64,000 nt of DNA from NCBI GenBank assembly GCA_051439605.1, contig JBFRWN010000077.1:8536-72535 (forward strand), given 5' to 3'. Below the pieces are notes generated by a model. The model searched no databases. It saw only the letters and a list, made by a program, of their open reading frames with translations, and was not told the DNA's origin. Positions 41,522-50,927 of this stretch are shown one piece after another. This DNA comes from Synechococcus sp. Lineage in GTDB: Bacteria; Cyanobacteriota; Cyanobacteriia; Thermostichales; PCC-7336. Each line of letters opens with the position of its first letter. Position 1 is the stretch's first letter. The position numbers and the translations under genes were made by a program.

Positions 41522-42751
41522 CTAGAAGGGGGAAACAGACCGGATGGGGCCGTTGTAGGCAACGGTCGTTTCAAAGGTCGATTTATCAACCACCACCTCC
41601 GATTCAATCGACGGGTTCACAGCGTCAGGAGGCCCTCCCAGAAAGGTGAAGACCCAGCGATCCCCCTCGTCTTTGTAAGGGGCATCGAGGGCGGGGCCAT
41701 GCATACTCACCTCAGCCCGATAGTTTGCGAGACCGCCGTTGAGGCGTTCCGCCGCCTGGCGAGCATAGTTTTTAGCTGTGGTGATTCCAGGTTCAGTCAG
41801 AGGAGCGAAGGGGGTTGTTGCGTCCACAACGGGAACCGCATTGGCTTCGGGAGCAATTGGGGCAGGGTTAGGCTCTGGAGATTGGCTGAGTTGAGCCTCA
41901 GAAGGGCGATCGGTGCCAACATTACTGGTAGATAGTGCAGCCGTGCGAATGGGTCCGTTGTAGATCACGCTAGTTAGCAAAGTCGTTTTATCGACCGCTA
42001 CCTCCGACTCAATCGAGGGGTTCACAGCACCTGGAGCCCCCCCCAGAAAGGTGAAGACCCAGCGATCCCCTTTGTCTTGGTAGGGCGCTTCGAGAGCGGG
42101 GCCATGCATGGCCGCTTCAGCCCGATAGTTTGCGAGACCGCCGTTGAGCTTTTCCGCAGTCTGGCGGGCATAGTTTTTGGCTGTAGTGACATCTCCAGGT
42201 GCAGCCAAAGGGGCATCGAGGGTCGTTGGAGCCACTACGGGCACCGAATTGGGTTCGGGAGCAGTTGGGGCAAGGTTAGTTCGTGGCGATTGACTGAGTT
42301 GAGCATCAGGAGAGCGATCGCCACCATCATCAATGGTAGAAAGTGCAGCAGTGCGAATGGGGCCGTTGTATAGGACGGTGGTCTCTAACGTCACCTTGTG
42401 GACGCTAACTTCGGTTTCCACCGTGAACCGCTGGCTGTCAGGTGCCCCCCCTTGAAACGTGAAAATCCACCGATCGCCTCCATCCCGGTAAGGGGCCTCT
42501 AGAGCCGGGCCATGCATGGCAGCTTCTGCACGATAATTCGATATCCCTCCATTGGCCCGCTCGCCTGCCTGCCGAGCTAAGTTCTTAGAAGCGGTAATCG
42601 TTCCTGGGGTCAGCGGAGGGACTGGGGCGATGAGAGGAGCAGACCCTGGATTGGGAGAAAAGCTAGGCTCAGATATGGGCTTGGCTAAGACAGGAATTGC
42701 AAAGGGCAAAACTGCTGGCGTGAAAAGCAGCAGGGAAACAATCAGTCGCAT
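41522..42751 (-). CDS. Secreted protein with three tandem ~80-aa domains separated by Pro-rich linkers
   Basis: Signal peptide MRLIVSLLLFTPAVLPFAIPVLA; three copies of (A/S)KN(Y/L)ARQ.AE..NGG..NYRAE..MHGPAL..PY.D.GDRW.FTF.GG...YNGPIR. Confidence 0.8.
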   Translation of the reverse strand: MRLIVSLLLFTPAVLPFAIPVLAKPISEPSFSPNPGSAPLIAPVPPLTPGTITASKNLARQAGERANGGISNYRAEAAMHGPALEAPYRDGGDRWIFTFQGGAPDSQRFTVETEVSVHKVTLETTVLYNGPIRTAALSTIDDGGDRSPDAQLSQSPRTNLAPTAPEPNSVPVVAPTTLDAPLAAPGDVTTAKNYARQTAEKLNGGLANYRAEAAMHGPALEAPYQDKGDRWVFTFLGGAPGAVNPSIESEVAVDKTTLLTSVIYNGPIRTAALSTSNVGTDRPSEAQLSQSPEPNPAPIAPEANAVPVVDATTPFAPLTEPGITTAKNYARQAAERLNGGLANYRAEVSMHGPALDAPYKDEGDRWVFTFLGGPPDAVNPSIESEVVVDKSTFETTVAYNGPIRSVSPF

Positions 42752-43102
42752 CGCAAAATCTCCGTTCTGTTGAATCGACATCCGATTCGTCAAACAGCGG
42801 TTGTCTCATGTACGAGTCGGTGGACTCGCCAAGAGCCTCCTCCAACCTTGGTATTTGGGTCCCGCTTGTATTCAATTCGCTGAAAACACAGTTTCCGAGC
42901 GTAACCTATTGAGATTAATTCTGCGATCTTGTACAGACCCAAAAAACGGGAATCCACACAGAAAAACCTGCGGATGTGAGTAAGTTGCGCAACCAATCTG
43001 TGCAACTGCAGTTCTGCTAAAAGCATTACGGACGTAGCGATCGCCCCAGGAATATGTCACCCTAGCCTGTATGCAAATTTTGGAGCGGCATCGCAACGTT
43101 CA

Positions 43103-44359
43103 ATGGATACCATTCGCGCCATTAAAGGAACTCACGACCTGTTACCCGACACAATCGGGATATGGCAGCATATCGAATCGGTGTCCCAGCGCATCATGAC
43201 AGCAGCGGGCTACAAAGAAGTTCGCACTCCCATTTTTGAACAAACTGACTTGTTTGTGCGCGGGATCGGTACCGCCACTGACATCGTCAGCAAAGAGATG
43301 TACAGCTTCACTACCCGAGGAGAAGACAACATCACGCTGCGGCCAGAAAATACTGCCGGAGTAGTCCGAGCCTTTATTCAACACAAACTGCACGCCATTG
43401 GCGACGTACAGAAATTGTGGTACCTCGGCCCTATGTTCCGATACGAGCGTCCGCAAGCGGGCCGCCAGAGGCAGTTTCACCAATTGGGCCTTGAGTCTAT
43501 CGGCAGCGCCGATCCTCGGGCGGATGCCGAATCCATTGCGATCTGCGTCGATATCCTCAAGGAATTGGGTCTCCACCACTTAGTCGTCTCTATTAACTCC
43601 GTAGGTCGGGGAGAGGATCGCGCCAACTACCGCGAAAAACTGATCGAGTACTTGACGCCCTTCAAAGCGGAGCTTGACGTCGACTCTCAAGCTCGCCTCA
43701 CCCGCAACCCTCTGAGGGTGTTAGACAGTAAAAGCAAGCGCACGCGAGAGATTGTGGCGGATGCTCCCAAGCTGCTGGATCACTTGAGCGCTAGTTCAAA
43801 GGAACATTTCGATCGCGTCTTATCTCAGCTAGAGCGGCTCGGCATTGACTACGCGATCGATCACAAACTCGTTCGCGGTTTGGATTACTACACACACACT
43901 GCTTTTGAAATTCAATCTAACGATTTGGGGGCACAAAACGCCGTCTGCGGCGGAGGTCGCTACGATGGGTTAGTGGCTGAGCTAGGTGGTCCTGAAACCC
44001 CAGCAGTCGGGTGGGCCATGGGACTGGAACGGATTGCCATCCTCTTGCAGCAACAGGGATTCCAAGCCGAGCCCCTCATGGACGCCTACACTATTTCCCG
44101 CGGCCAATTGGCAGAGGACGCAGCCTTAGCTATCGCTCAAGAGTTGCGGCGAGCTGGAATTGCCACTGGATTAGATTTAAGCGGAGGGAAATTTGCCAAG
44201 CAGTTCAAGCGGGCAGACCGGAGTGGAGCCAAATGGGCTTTGGTGCTGGGGGAGGATGAGGTGTCTAGGGATGTGGTGCAGGTCAAACACCTAAAAACGG
44301 GAGACCAAAAGGAAGTCAACCGGAGCGAGCTGGTGGAGTTCTTGAGGGGCGATCGCTAA
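43103..44359 (+). CDS. hisS: Histidyl-tRNA synthetase
   Basis: LRPENTA, FRYERPQAGR.RQFHQ, RGLDYY, GGGRYDGL, GLERI. Confidence 0.96.
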   Translation: MDTIRAIKGTHDLLPDTIGIWQHIESVSQRIMTAAGYKEVRTPIFEQTDLFVRGIGTATDIVSKEMYSFTTRGEDNITLRPENTAGVVRAFIQHKLHAIGDVQKLWYLGPMFRYERPQAGRQRQFHQLGLESIGSADPRADAESIAICVDILKELGLHHLVVSINSVGRGEDRANYREKLIEYLTPFKAELDVDSQARLTRNPLRVLDSKSKRTREIVADAPKLLDHLSASSKEHFDRVLSQLERLGIDYAIDHKLVRGLDYYTHTAFEIQSNDLGAQNAVCGGGRYDGLVAELGGPETPAVGWAMGLERIAILLQQQGFQAEPLMDAYTISRGQLAEDAALAIAQELRRAGIATGLDLSGGKFAKQFKRADRSGAKWALVLGEDEVSRDVVQVKHLKTGDQKEVNRSELVEFLRGDR

Positions 44360-44478
44360 GCGCAGCAGCACCCCCCAGATTATGGGTTCACCAAGGGAAA
44401 CTCATCCCTGCCCCGCCGCTATCCCATTTGATTTGCTAGCTCATTTAATTCTGTTAATTAACGGTGTAGAGGTAAATC

Positions 44479-46698
44479 ATGATTTTTTGGGCCAAACCAA
44501 TTGATGGCACGGAGTGGATAGAACTCCCCCCTTCTGGAGGGACAATACTTTCGGGGGTCTACAACATCGCCGTTCAATCCCCTCAGCCCCATTTCACGAT
44601 TATTTCTCACCTCCGCCAGTTCCGTCCCGAGGGAGATCCACCCAAAGAGGTACTCTGGGAGACTCAACATACCAGCCAAACCAACAATGAAGGGATTGGT
44701 TGGGTAGCTCAAGAGATCGAGCTCGGGGAGGGCTGGTGGCAGATTGGCTGCAGCGATGCCGATCTTGTGGCCGAATTATTTGGTGAAAATCCCCAGAACG
44801 CCGTCACGTTCCAGGTGATTGCGGTTACCCAGGCTGGCCCCACCCCAGATCGGTCTGCTCTTCTGGGGGATTTCACAGAGGCTGAGGCCGAACAGACCGC
44901 TGATATTCAGCCAGCTGCCGAACGCTCCGGCAATCTCGGCTCACTCGATACCACAGCAACCCCAACAGAAATCTTCGTAAAGGACAGTGAATGGGGAGCT
45001 GATTTTGAGGAAGGGGTACGCATGATATCTGCCCCCTCCCAGCCAAGGGGGGACTTTTCTTTAGTGCAGTCCCAATTCACAGCACTTCCCGGAGAAGTGG
45101 TAACACTAACAGGACATACCCAAAGATCGGGACAACTATCCATTACTGCTTTCACCGAAAATTCCATTTTGGTGCGGGAAGTCCAGAGGGTACAGCTCTT
45201 AGCTGGAGCTCAAACCTCAGCATTTAGCTTTCGGCTATCGTTACCTAGCACCTGGACAGGCCATCCCTTGACCGGCATTGCCGAGCTTTTTCCCGACGAT
45301 GGCAGAGAACCACTGACCTTCGATTTCACAATCGCGATCGCTGCTGAGACCGCTCCTCCTGGTTCAGAAACAGACTCTTCTGGATCTCTCAACCAAGCAA
45401 AGCTCCAGCCAACTGATTTTGACAAAGCTCAAGACACAACCGTCCCTGACCCCATCTTCCAATCCCCCAACAACCCGATTCCATCGATCAATTGTGTGGA
45501 AAACAAGGATAGTTCAGCCGATCCTCAACCAGAGAACGCCCCCCTCTCGGAGGTGGAAGCAGCGATAGCCGAGTCCCAACCCTACGAGCCCCAATTGGAG
45601 CCTGTTCGTTCTCTAGAAAAAGAGCTTCCCCCAGAAGTTCAACAGTATTTAGAGTTGCAAAGGGACTTGGAGACAGCCACAACACGGTCCGAACTTGCCT
45701 CCCACATCCAGCTACCAGATTGGACACAGACCCCTTCAGAGCCACAACAGCAACAAGAGCAAGCAGCAGACCTCATTGGTCCCGACTCCAGCAATCTCGA
45801 CTCCAGTACCAGCATTGATTCTCAACCCATAGAAGAAGAGCTCCTGTTCCCGGCGATCGCATTTGCCAGCCCCCGCAGCCCCGATCAGACCCTTAACAGG
45901 TTGGTCGAGCTAGCGCGCGAGGCTGCAATTGTAGCAGAGCAAACTCAGCAAACCCATAAACAACACCTCTATCAACAAGAGGAGATCCCCGAGATACTGA
46001 ACGGAGTCATTGGACAAGCCGTGGCATACGCTTCTCCAGCCACTCCGAACCAAGTCGCAAGTCCACAACAGACCCCAGGCCAGTCTCCAATGCTCGCAAG
46101 CATTCGAGAAACCATTGCGCTAGCTGGAGCCCCCCGATCGCTAGAACAACAGCCCGTGCAGCTTGGGCGTAAAAGGCTAGACAACGCAATAGCCAAAAGT
46201 ATTGCCAACGCAGCCACAATCGAGCAGCCTGTCAACCAAGAATCCCGAGAATCCAGCAACCTAGAATCCAGCGACCTAGACTCTGCTGTACCGAAATCCG
46301 CCACTCAAGAATCCCTAGCTCAAGAACCAAAAGATCGGGAAACCAGCCTTGATGATGCCAGCGGACTCGAACTCAGCATCCCAGCTTCATTACGCAGTGG
46401 CGATTTGGTGACTGTAGTATTGCGCTTAACCCATCCAGAATTGCCCGCTTGCATCAAGCTTTGGGTGAACGACATCGAAACCGACAGTGTTATGGATGGT
46501 CCCCGCTGGATTCTAGATTTTACAGAAGACCAAGGAGTGCTCACTGGCGTCACCCACTTAACCGTCCCTAGCCGCGTCCAATTCTTACAATTCAACGCGA
46601 GCGCTTACCACAAGCTTCCATCCCTTGGCGAGCAAAACTCAGAAGGCGAAGAACCCGTAGCAGCAGTGACCTTGGAACGCAGGGTTTCTCCTCGATAG
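44479..46698 (+). CDS. Large hypothetical protein with beta-rich N- and C-terminal regions and an acidic low-complexity centre
   Basis: 739-aa ORF; TNNEG..W...G.WQIGC N-terminus, IKLWV.D...DGPRW C-terminus. Confidence 0.65.
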   Translation: MIFWAKPIDGTEWIELPPSGGTILSGVYNIAVQSPQPHFTIISHLRQFRPEGDPPKEVLWETQHTSQTNNEGIGWVAQEIELGEGWWQIGCSDADLVAELFGENPQNAVTFQVIAVTQAGPTPDRSALLGDFTEAEAEQTADIQPAAERSGNLGSLDTTATPTEIFVKDSEWGADFEEGVRMISAPSQPRGDFSLVQSQFTALPGEVVTLTGHTQRSGQLSITAFTENSILVREVQRVQLLAGAQTSAFSFRLSLPSTWTGHPLTGIAELFPDDGREPLTFDFTIAIAAETAPPGSETDSSGSLNQAKLQPTDFDKAQDTTVPDPIFQSPNNPIPSINCVENKDSSADPQPENAPLSEVEAAIAESQPYEPQLEPVRSLEKELPPEVQQYLELQRDLETATTRSELASHIQLPDWTQTPSEPQQQQEQAADLIGPDSSNLDSSTSIDSQPIEEELLFPAIAFASPRSPDQTLNRLVELAREAAIVAEQTQQTHKQHLYQQEEIPEILNGVIGQAVAYASPATPNQVASPQQTPGQSPMLASIRETIALAGAPRSLEQQPVQLGRKRLDNAIAKSIANAATIEQPVNQESRESSNLESSDLDSAVPKSATQESLAQEPKDRETSLDDASGLELSIPASLRSGDLVTVVLRLTHPELPACIKLWVNDIETDSVMDGPRWILDFTEDQGVLTGVTHLTVPSRVQFLQFNASAYHKLPSLGEQNSEGEEPVAAVTLERRVSPR

Positions 46699-46821
46699 GG
46701 CCTATCAAGCGCTTTCCCATTTTGAAATGCATGGACCTAACTAGGCGTGAATGTAAACACCTGAAATCCCGCTGCATTGCTGACTATGCGAAAGCTGACA
46801 GCTAATGAGTTCCGCTCAACC

Positions 46822-46858
46822 GTTACAAATATTTATGAAGCTCAATCTACCTTATACT
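46822..46858 (+). promoter_or_regulatory. Possible HLR1 (RpaB) site plus -10 box upstream of crtR
   Basis: GTTACAAA-TA-TTTATGAA (46822-46839; second half has 2 mismatches) followed by TATACT (46853-46858). Confidence 0.35.
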
Positions 46859-46977
46859 AAAGTGTCATTTGGCGTTCACCAGTCCACCTCCAGTTTGGTC
46901 TAGCGTCTGACATTTTATAAACGGTTCCCAATAGAATCACCCCTTTAGTAAATCGCTGACTAAATAAGGAGATATTC

Positions 46978-47937
46978 ATGACTATGGCGGGGAAACGAAA
47001 GTCAATCCCACGCGAGTTAGTCGGTGCACCCGATTCGCTGTTCAATCTGAACGTCTATTTATTCTTAGGCTCAATCTGTCTGTTCGTTTCCTGCTTTTTT
47101 GGCTATACAACGTGGAACTGGCCCCGTTGGATGGTGTTCTGGCTCAACTTTGCCGCCCTCTACGTCCTCGGGACCGTTATTCACGACGCTTCCCATGGTT
47201 CTGCCCACAAAATCCGCTGGGTCAACGAAGCAATGGGTCATGGTTCAGCTTTGCTGCAGGGGTTTGTGTATCCCGTTTTTAAATGGGTACATATGGAGCA
47301 CCACGCTAACGTCAACGATCCCGAGAACGATCCCGATCACTATGTATCCACCGGCGGTCCCCTTTGGCTGATTCCGGTACGCTTCTTCTACCACGAAGTA
47401 TTTTTCTTTAAGCGCCAGCTTTGGAAGAAGGGCAAGTACGAGTTTCTAGCTTGGGCTCTCAGCCGTTTGCTAGTGGTCTGTACCTTCATTTTGGCCATTC
47501 ACTACGGCTACACCGACTATGTACTGAACTACTGGCTTCCCCCCGCTTTTATCATGGGGCTTTTATTGGGACTGTTCTTTGACTATCTGCCCCACCGACC
47601 CTTCTTAGAAACTGCCCGTTGGTATAACGCTCGCGTCTATCCCAGCATCATCACCAACATCCTGCTGTTGGGTCAAAACTATCACCTGATTCACCACCTA
47701 TGGCCCACTGTGCCCTGGTACAAGTATCAAGCGGCTTATCGTTCAGCAAAGCCCATTTTGGATGAAAAAGGCTGCGACCAATCTTTAGATATTTGGCGCA
47801 ATGGGAAGGAGATTGGCAGCTTCTTGTATGACTGCGTACTTGGGATCCGCCCCCACTCACATAACCAACCTACTGATGAAGGCGAGAAAACCAATGACAC
47901 TCAGCCTGAGGAAGAGAACAAAACTGCATCTGCATAG
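46978..47937 (+). CDS. crtR: Beta-carotene hydroxylase
   Basis: GTVIHDASH, HMEHH, DPENDPDH, FFDYLPHRPF, QNYHLIHHLWP. Confidence 0.92.
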   Translation: MTMAGKRKSIPRELVGAPDSLFNLNVYLFLGSICLFVSCFFGYTTWNWPRWMVFWLNFAALYVLGTVIHDASHGSAHKIRWVNEAMGHGSALLQGFVYPVFKWVHMEHHANVNDPENDPDHYVSTGGPLWLIPVRFFYHEVFFFKRQLWKKGKYEFLAWALSRLLVVCTFILAIHYGYTDYVLNYWLPPAFIMGLLLGLFFDYLPHRPFLETARWYNARVYPSIITNILLLGQNYHLIHHLWPTVPWYKYQAAYRSAKPILDEKGCDQSLDIWRNGKEIGSFLYDCVLGIRPHSHNQPTDEGEKTNDTQPEEENKTASA

Positions 47938-47977
47938 TCTTTCTGCATCAGGGTAGAGCAGCAATAGCTAAAAAATA

Positions 47978-48003
47978 AGCGATCGCCCAATTGAGCGATC
48001 GCT
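47978..48003. terminator. HIP1-based hairpin downstream of crtR
   Basis: AGCGATCGC-ccaattga-GCGATCGCT with A-rich and T-rich flanks, between convergent genes. Confidence 0.5.
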
Positions 48004-48218
48004 GTTTCATTGGGGGACGCTGAAACAATACAACTAACCTAATTACTCTAGAGAAAGTTTCCGAACAAACGGCGATCGTTGGGTTAGGGGATGGTTAAGA
48101 AACATCCTCAAAAAGTCCCTCGTATACCCAATATCTCGTCAGTAGGTTCGTCTGACTGAGGCATCCATCCTTGCAAATTGGACGATCGTCCTGTGACAAC
48201 ACACAGTCCGAACCAACA

Positions 48219-49469
48219 TCAGGTCAGTGATAAATAATAGCGATCGAGTTTAAATAGTGTCCTCAAGAGAACAGTCGCTCCCTGGACACACTGTTCGGGA
48301 GAGGTATACTCCTCTCCCGAGTGGCTGACGCCCTCTCGACTGGGCACAAAAATCATTCCCATATCTGTAAACCGCCCTATTTCCTGGGCGTCGTGGCTGG
48401 CGCGACTGGGCAAGTGCGTATAGCTGAGTCCCAAGTCTTCACAGCTCTCTACAATCAGTGATTGCACCTCTGCTGTCGCTAAAGTCGGCTTGAGCTCTAA
48501 CTCTGGTTTGATGCGTATTTTGGTTCGGGTAGCCACGGCCACACTTTCAATCTTGCGCTTGAGTTGAGCCAGCATGTGTTCGATCTCTTGTTGGGACAGA
48601 CTGCGCATATCCAAACACATCTCCACAAAACCAGGAACGGTGTTAATCGTATTCGGCCAGACTTGAACCGCACCCACTGTGGCCACCGGATCGCCAGGAA
48701 AATGTCTCGCCATATCTTCCACCGCCAGTATGAGCTGAGCAGCAGTAGTCAGGGCATCCCGGCGCATGTGCATGGGGGTAGTACCTGCATGGTTCGTCTG
48801 TCCTTGAATGGTGATTCGAAAACGCTGCTGGCCAACAATCCCTTCCACCACACCAATATCGCACTCTAGAACCTCTAACACTCCCCCCTGCTCCACATGC
48901 AACTCTAGAAAACAAGCGATATCATCTGACGTGCGGCGGGCTGTAGGTAGCCGCTCCCAGTTTCCCCCGGTTCGACTAAGGCAGTCTTGAATGGAAACAC
49001 CATCAGAGGTGATGTAATGCTCTGGATTTTCAGGGGCAGATCCTGCCATAGATTTTGAGCCCACCATAGTCCGCTCTTCATCTGCAAAGGCAATCACCTC
49101 AAAGGGATGCTGCAGTAGCAGATCGTTCTCTTGCAGAACCCGAGCTACCTCCAATCCGGCTAGAACTCCCAAGGCTCCGTCGAATCGCCCCCCCGACGGA
49201 ACAGTATCGATATGAGAGCCAGTCGCAAGAACGGGCAAATCTGGTTCTAGGCCAGGATAAGTCCCGATCAGATTGCTGGCGGAATCAATGCGGATAGCCA
49301 TACCCGCTTCCTGCATCCACTGGCTAACACGATCGCGAGCCGCGATATCTTCCAATGAGAAGGCCAAACGCCGAACGACCCCATCTTCTTGTCTCCCGAT
49401 CTTGGCGAGCTCATTGACGTTGCTATTGAGGCGATCGCCGTTGATGGTCAGGCCGGTTGTGTTAGTCAT
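48219..49469 (-). CDS. Zn-dependent allantoate amidohydrolase / N-carbamoyl hydrolase (HpxK/AllC-like)
   Basis: GSHIDTV..GGRFDG, ADEE, ELHVEQG, HAGTTPM, SHDA. Confidence 0.88.
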   Translation of the reverse strand: MTNTTGLTINGDRLNSNVNELAKIGRQEDGVVRRLAFSLEDIAARDRVSQWMQEAGMAIRIDSASNLIGTYPGLEPDLPVLATGSHIDTVPSGGRFDGALGVLAGLEVARVLQENDLLLQHPFEVIAFADEERTMVGSKSMAGSAPENPEHYITSDGVSIQDCLSRTGGNWERLPTARRTSDDIACFLELHVEQGGVLEVLECDIGVVEGIVGQQRFRITIQGQTNHAGTTPMHMRRDALTTAAQLILAVEDMARHFPGDPVATVGAVQVWPNTINTVPGFVEMCLDMRSLSQQEIEHMLAQLKRKIESVAVATRTKIRIKPELELKPTLATAEVQSLIVESCEDLGLSYTHLPSRASHDAQEIGRFTDMGMIFVPSREGVSHSGEEYTSPEQCVQGATVLLRTLFKLDRYYLSLT

Positions 49470-49545
49470 TGCTCAAAAGCGATATAAATTCATATCCGTT
49501 TAAAGATTAGCCATGGTTTTCAACACGCTAATCGAGCCCCCTAGC

Positions 49546-49640
49546 TATAGTCTTTGACATTTTAGTTGGGACGTAAGTTTCTATACCCAGTCATAGATTG
49601 GGATAGCTAAAATGTCCTAAGCGACTTGACGGTCGCCATA
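49546..49640 (+). repeat. ~95-bp dispersed intergenic repeat, copy F (contains NtcA-type box)
   Basis: tatagtctttgacattttagttgggacgtaagtttctatacccagtcatagattgggatagctaaaatgtcctaagcgacttgacggtcgccata, 95 bp; internal inverted pair GACATTTTAG/CTAAAATGTC. Confidence 0.78.
49573..49613 (+). promoter_or_regulatory. Putative NtcA-activated promoter
   Basis: GTA-AGTTTCTA-TAC (49573-49586), then 21 nt, then TAAAAT (49608-49613), upstream of the Rieske oxygenase. Confidence 0.5.
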
Positions 49641-49764
49641 TGACCGTTGCCAATACAACAGACACTGTTGCTAGATTAAGTCACGATCGGGGAACGTTTG
49701 GCGAAACTTTCTGTAATCTGAGCACATCGCTGAGCAGTGGTCTGTGTCTGCAATGGGAGATGGT

Positions 49765-50805
49765 ATGACTGCGACTAAAGACAGAACCCAGGTTTATCCC
49801 AGAAACTGCACCTTCTCTCCATCCGATTGGGATGCACTGGCTCCCTTCTGGTATCCAATTGCCTTTAGCCATGACATTGGCAATCGCCCCCATGCCACCA
49901 CGTTGCTGGACCAACGGCTGGTCATTTGGAAAACCGCTGCCGGTCTGTCGGTGGCCAACGATATTTGTCTGCATCGGGGGGTGCCCCTCAGCATGGGACA
50001 TGTGGCAGACGAACATCTAATCTGCAAATACCACGGCTTTCACTACGACGCCGCCGGTCAATGCACCCTAATTCCAGCTAACCCTGCCGCCAGCATTCCC
50101 TCAAAGCTCTGTCTCAGAACCTATCCGGTACGCGAAGCCTACGGTTTGGTATGGACGACTCTCGCTGGAGAAGATACTTCCCCGTTTCCAAAGTTTCCCG
50201 AGTGGAGCGATCTGGATTATCAGCACATACTGCCGGATAGTATCGACCTGGATGCGGCGGCGGGGCGGCAGATGGAGGGGTTTCTGGATGTGGCCCATTT
50301 TGCTTGGGTGCATGCGGAGTCTTTTGGCGATCGCGATAACCCCTACGTACCCAAATATAAGGTTGTCCCTACGGCCCACGGTGTCAGAGCAGAATATCTC
50401 AGTACCGTCAGCAACTTTCCTAAGGGGTTACAGGATCGTGCTCCAACGGATTTTAAGTGGCTACGAGTATTCGACGTTTTCCTCCCCTTCACTGCATTAT
50501 TGCGGGTTCATTTTCCCGATGACGGACGGCTATGTATTCTCAATGCCGCTTCTCCGATGTCCGCCCGCAAAACCCGCGTATTTTGTCCCATCTGCCGCAA
50601 TTTTGATAAGGACCAACCTTTAGAACCGGTGTACGAGTTTAACTACCAAATTTTTAACGAGGATAAAGAGGTAGTGGAGGCTCAATATCCCGAAGATCTG
50701 CCCCTCGACTTGCGAGCCGAGTCACACATTGAAGCGGATAAAACCTCAATTGCCTATCGCAAGGGGCTAGCAGGACTGGGGTTGAGCAAAATATACACGG
50801 CTTGA
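49765..50805 (+). CDS. hpxD: Rieske non-heme iron oxygenase, HpxD-like hypoxanthine/xanthine hydroxylase
   Basis: CLHRG..CKYHG Rieske motif, EGFLDVAHFAWVH Fe site, NAASPMSAR, LPLDL..ESHI.AD; purine-catabolic neighbours; start between 49744 and 49765. Confidence 0.75.
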   Translation: MTATKDRTQVYPRNCTFSPSDWDALAPFWYPIAFSHDIGNRPHATTLLDQRLVIWKTAAGLSVANDICLHRGVPLSMGHVADEHLICKYHGFHYDAAGQCTLIPANPAASIPSKLCLRTYPVREAYGLVWTTLAGEDTSPFPKFPEWSDLDYQHILPDSIDLDAAAGRQMEGFLDVAHFAWVHAESFGDRDNPYVPKYKVVPTAHGVRAEYLSTVSNFPKGLQDRAPTDFKWLRVFDVFLPFTALLRVHFPDDGRLCILNAASPMSARKTRVFCPICRNFDKDQPLEPVYEFNYQIFNEDKEVVEAQYPEDLPLDLRAESHIEADKTSIAYRKGLAGLGLSKIYTA

Positions 50806-50927
50806 AAGCGTAACCTCGTTCAAACAATTCACCTGCTCGATCTTGTTTGAGGAAAATTTTAAGTCATGTCATTGCAATGCAAATCGTTAAGAATTGGCAA
50901 TTACGAGCGCTTGTTTGTTCCGAACAA

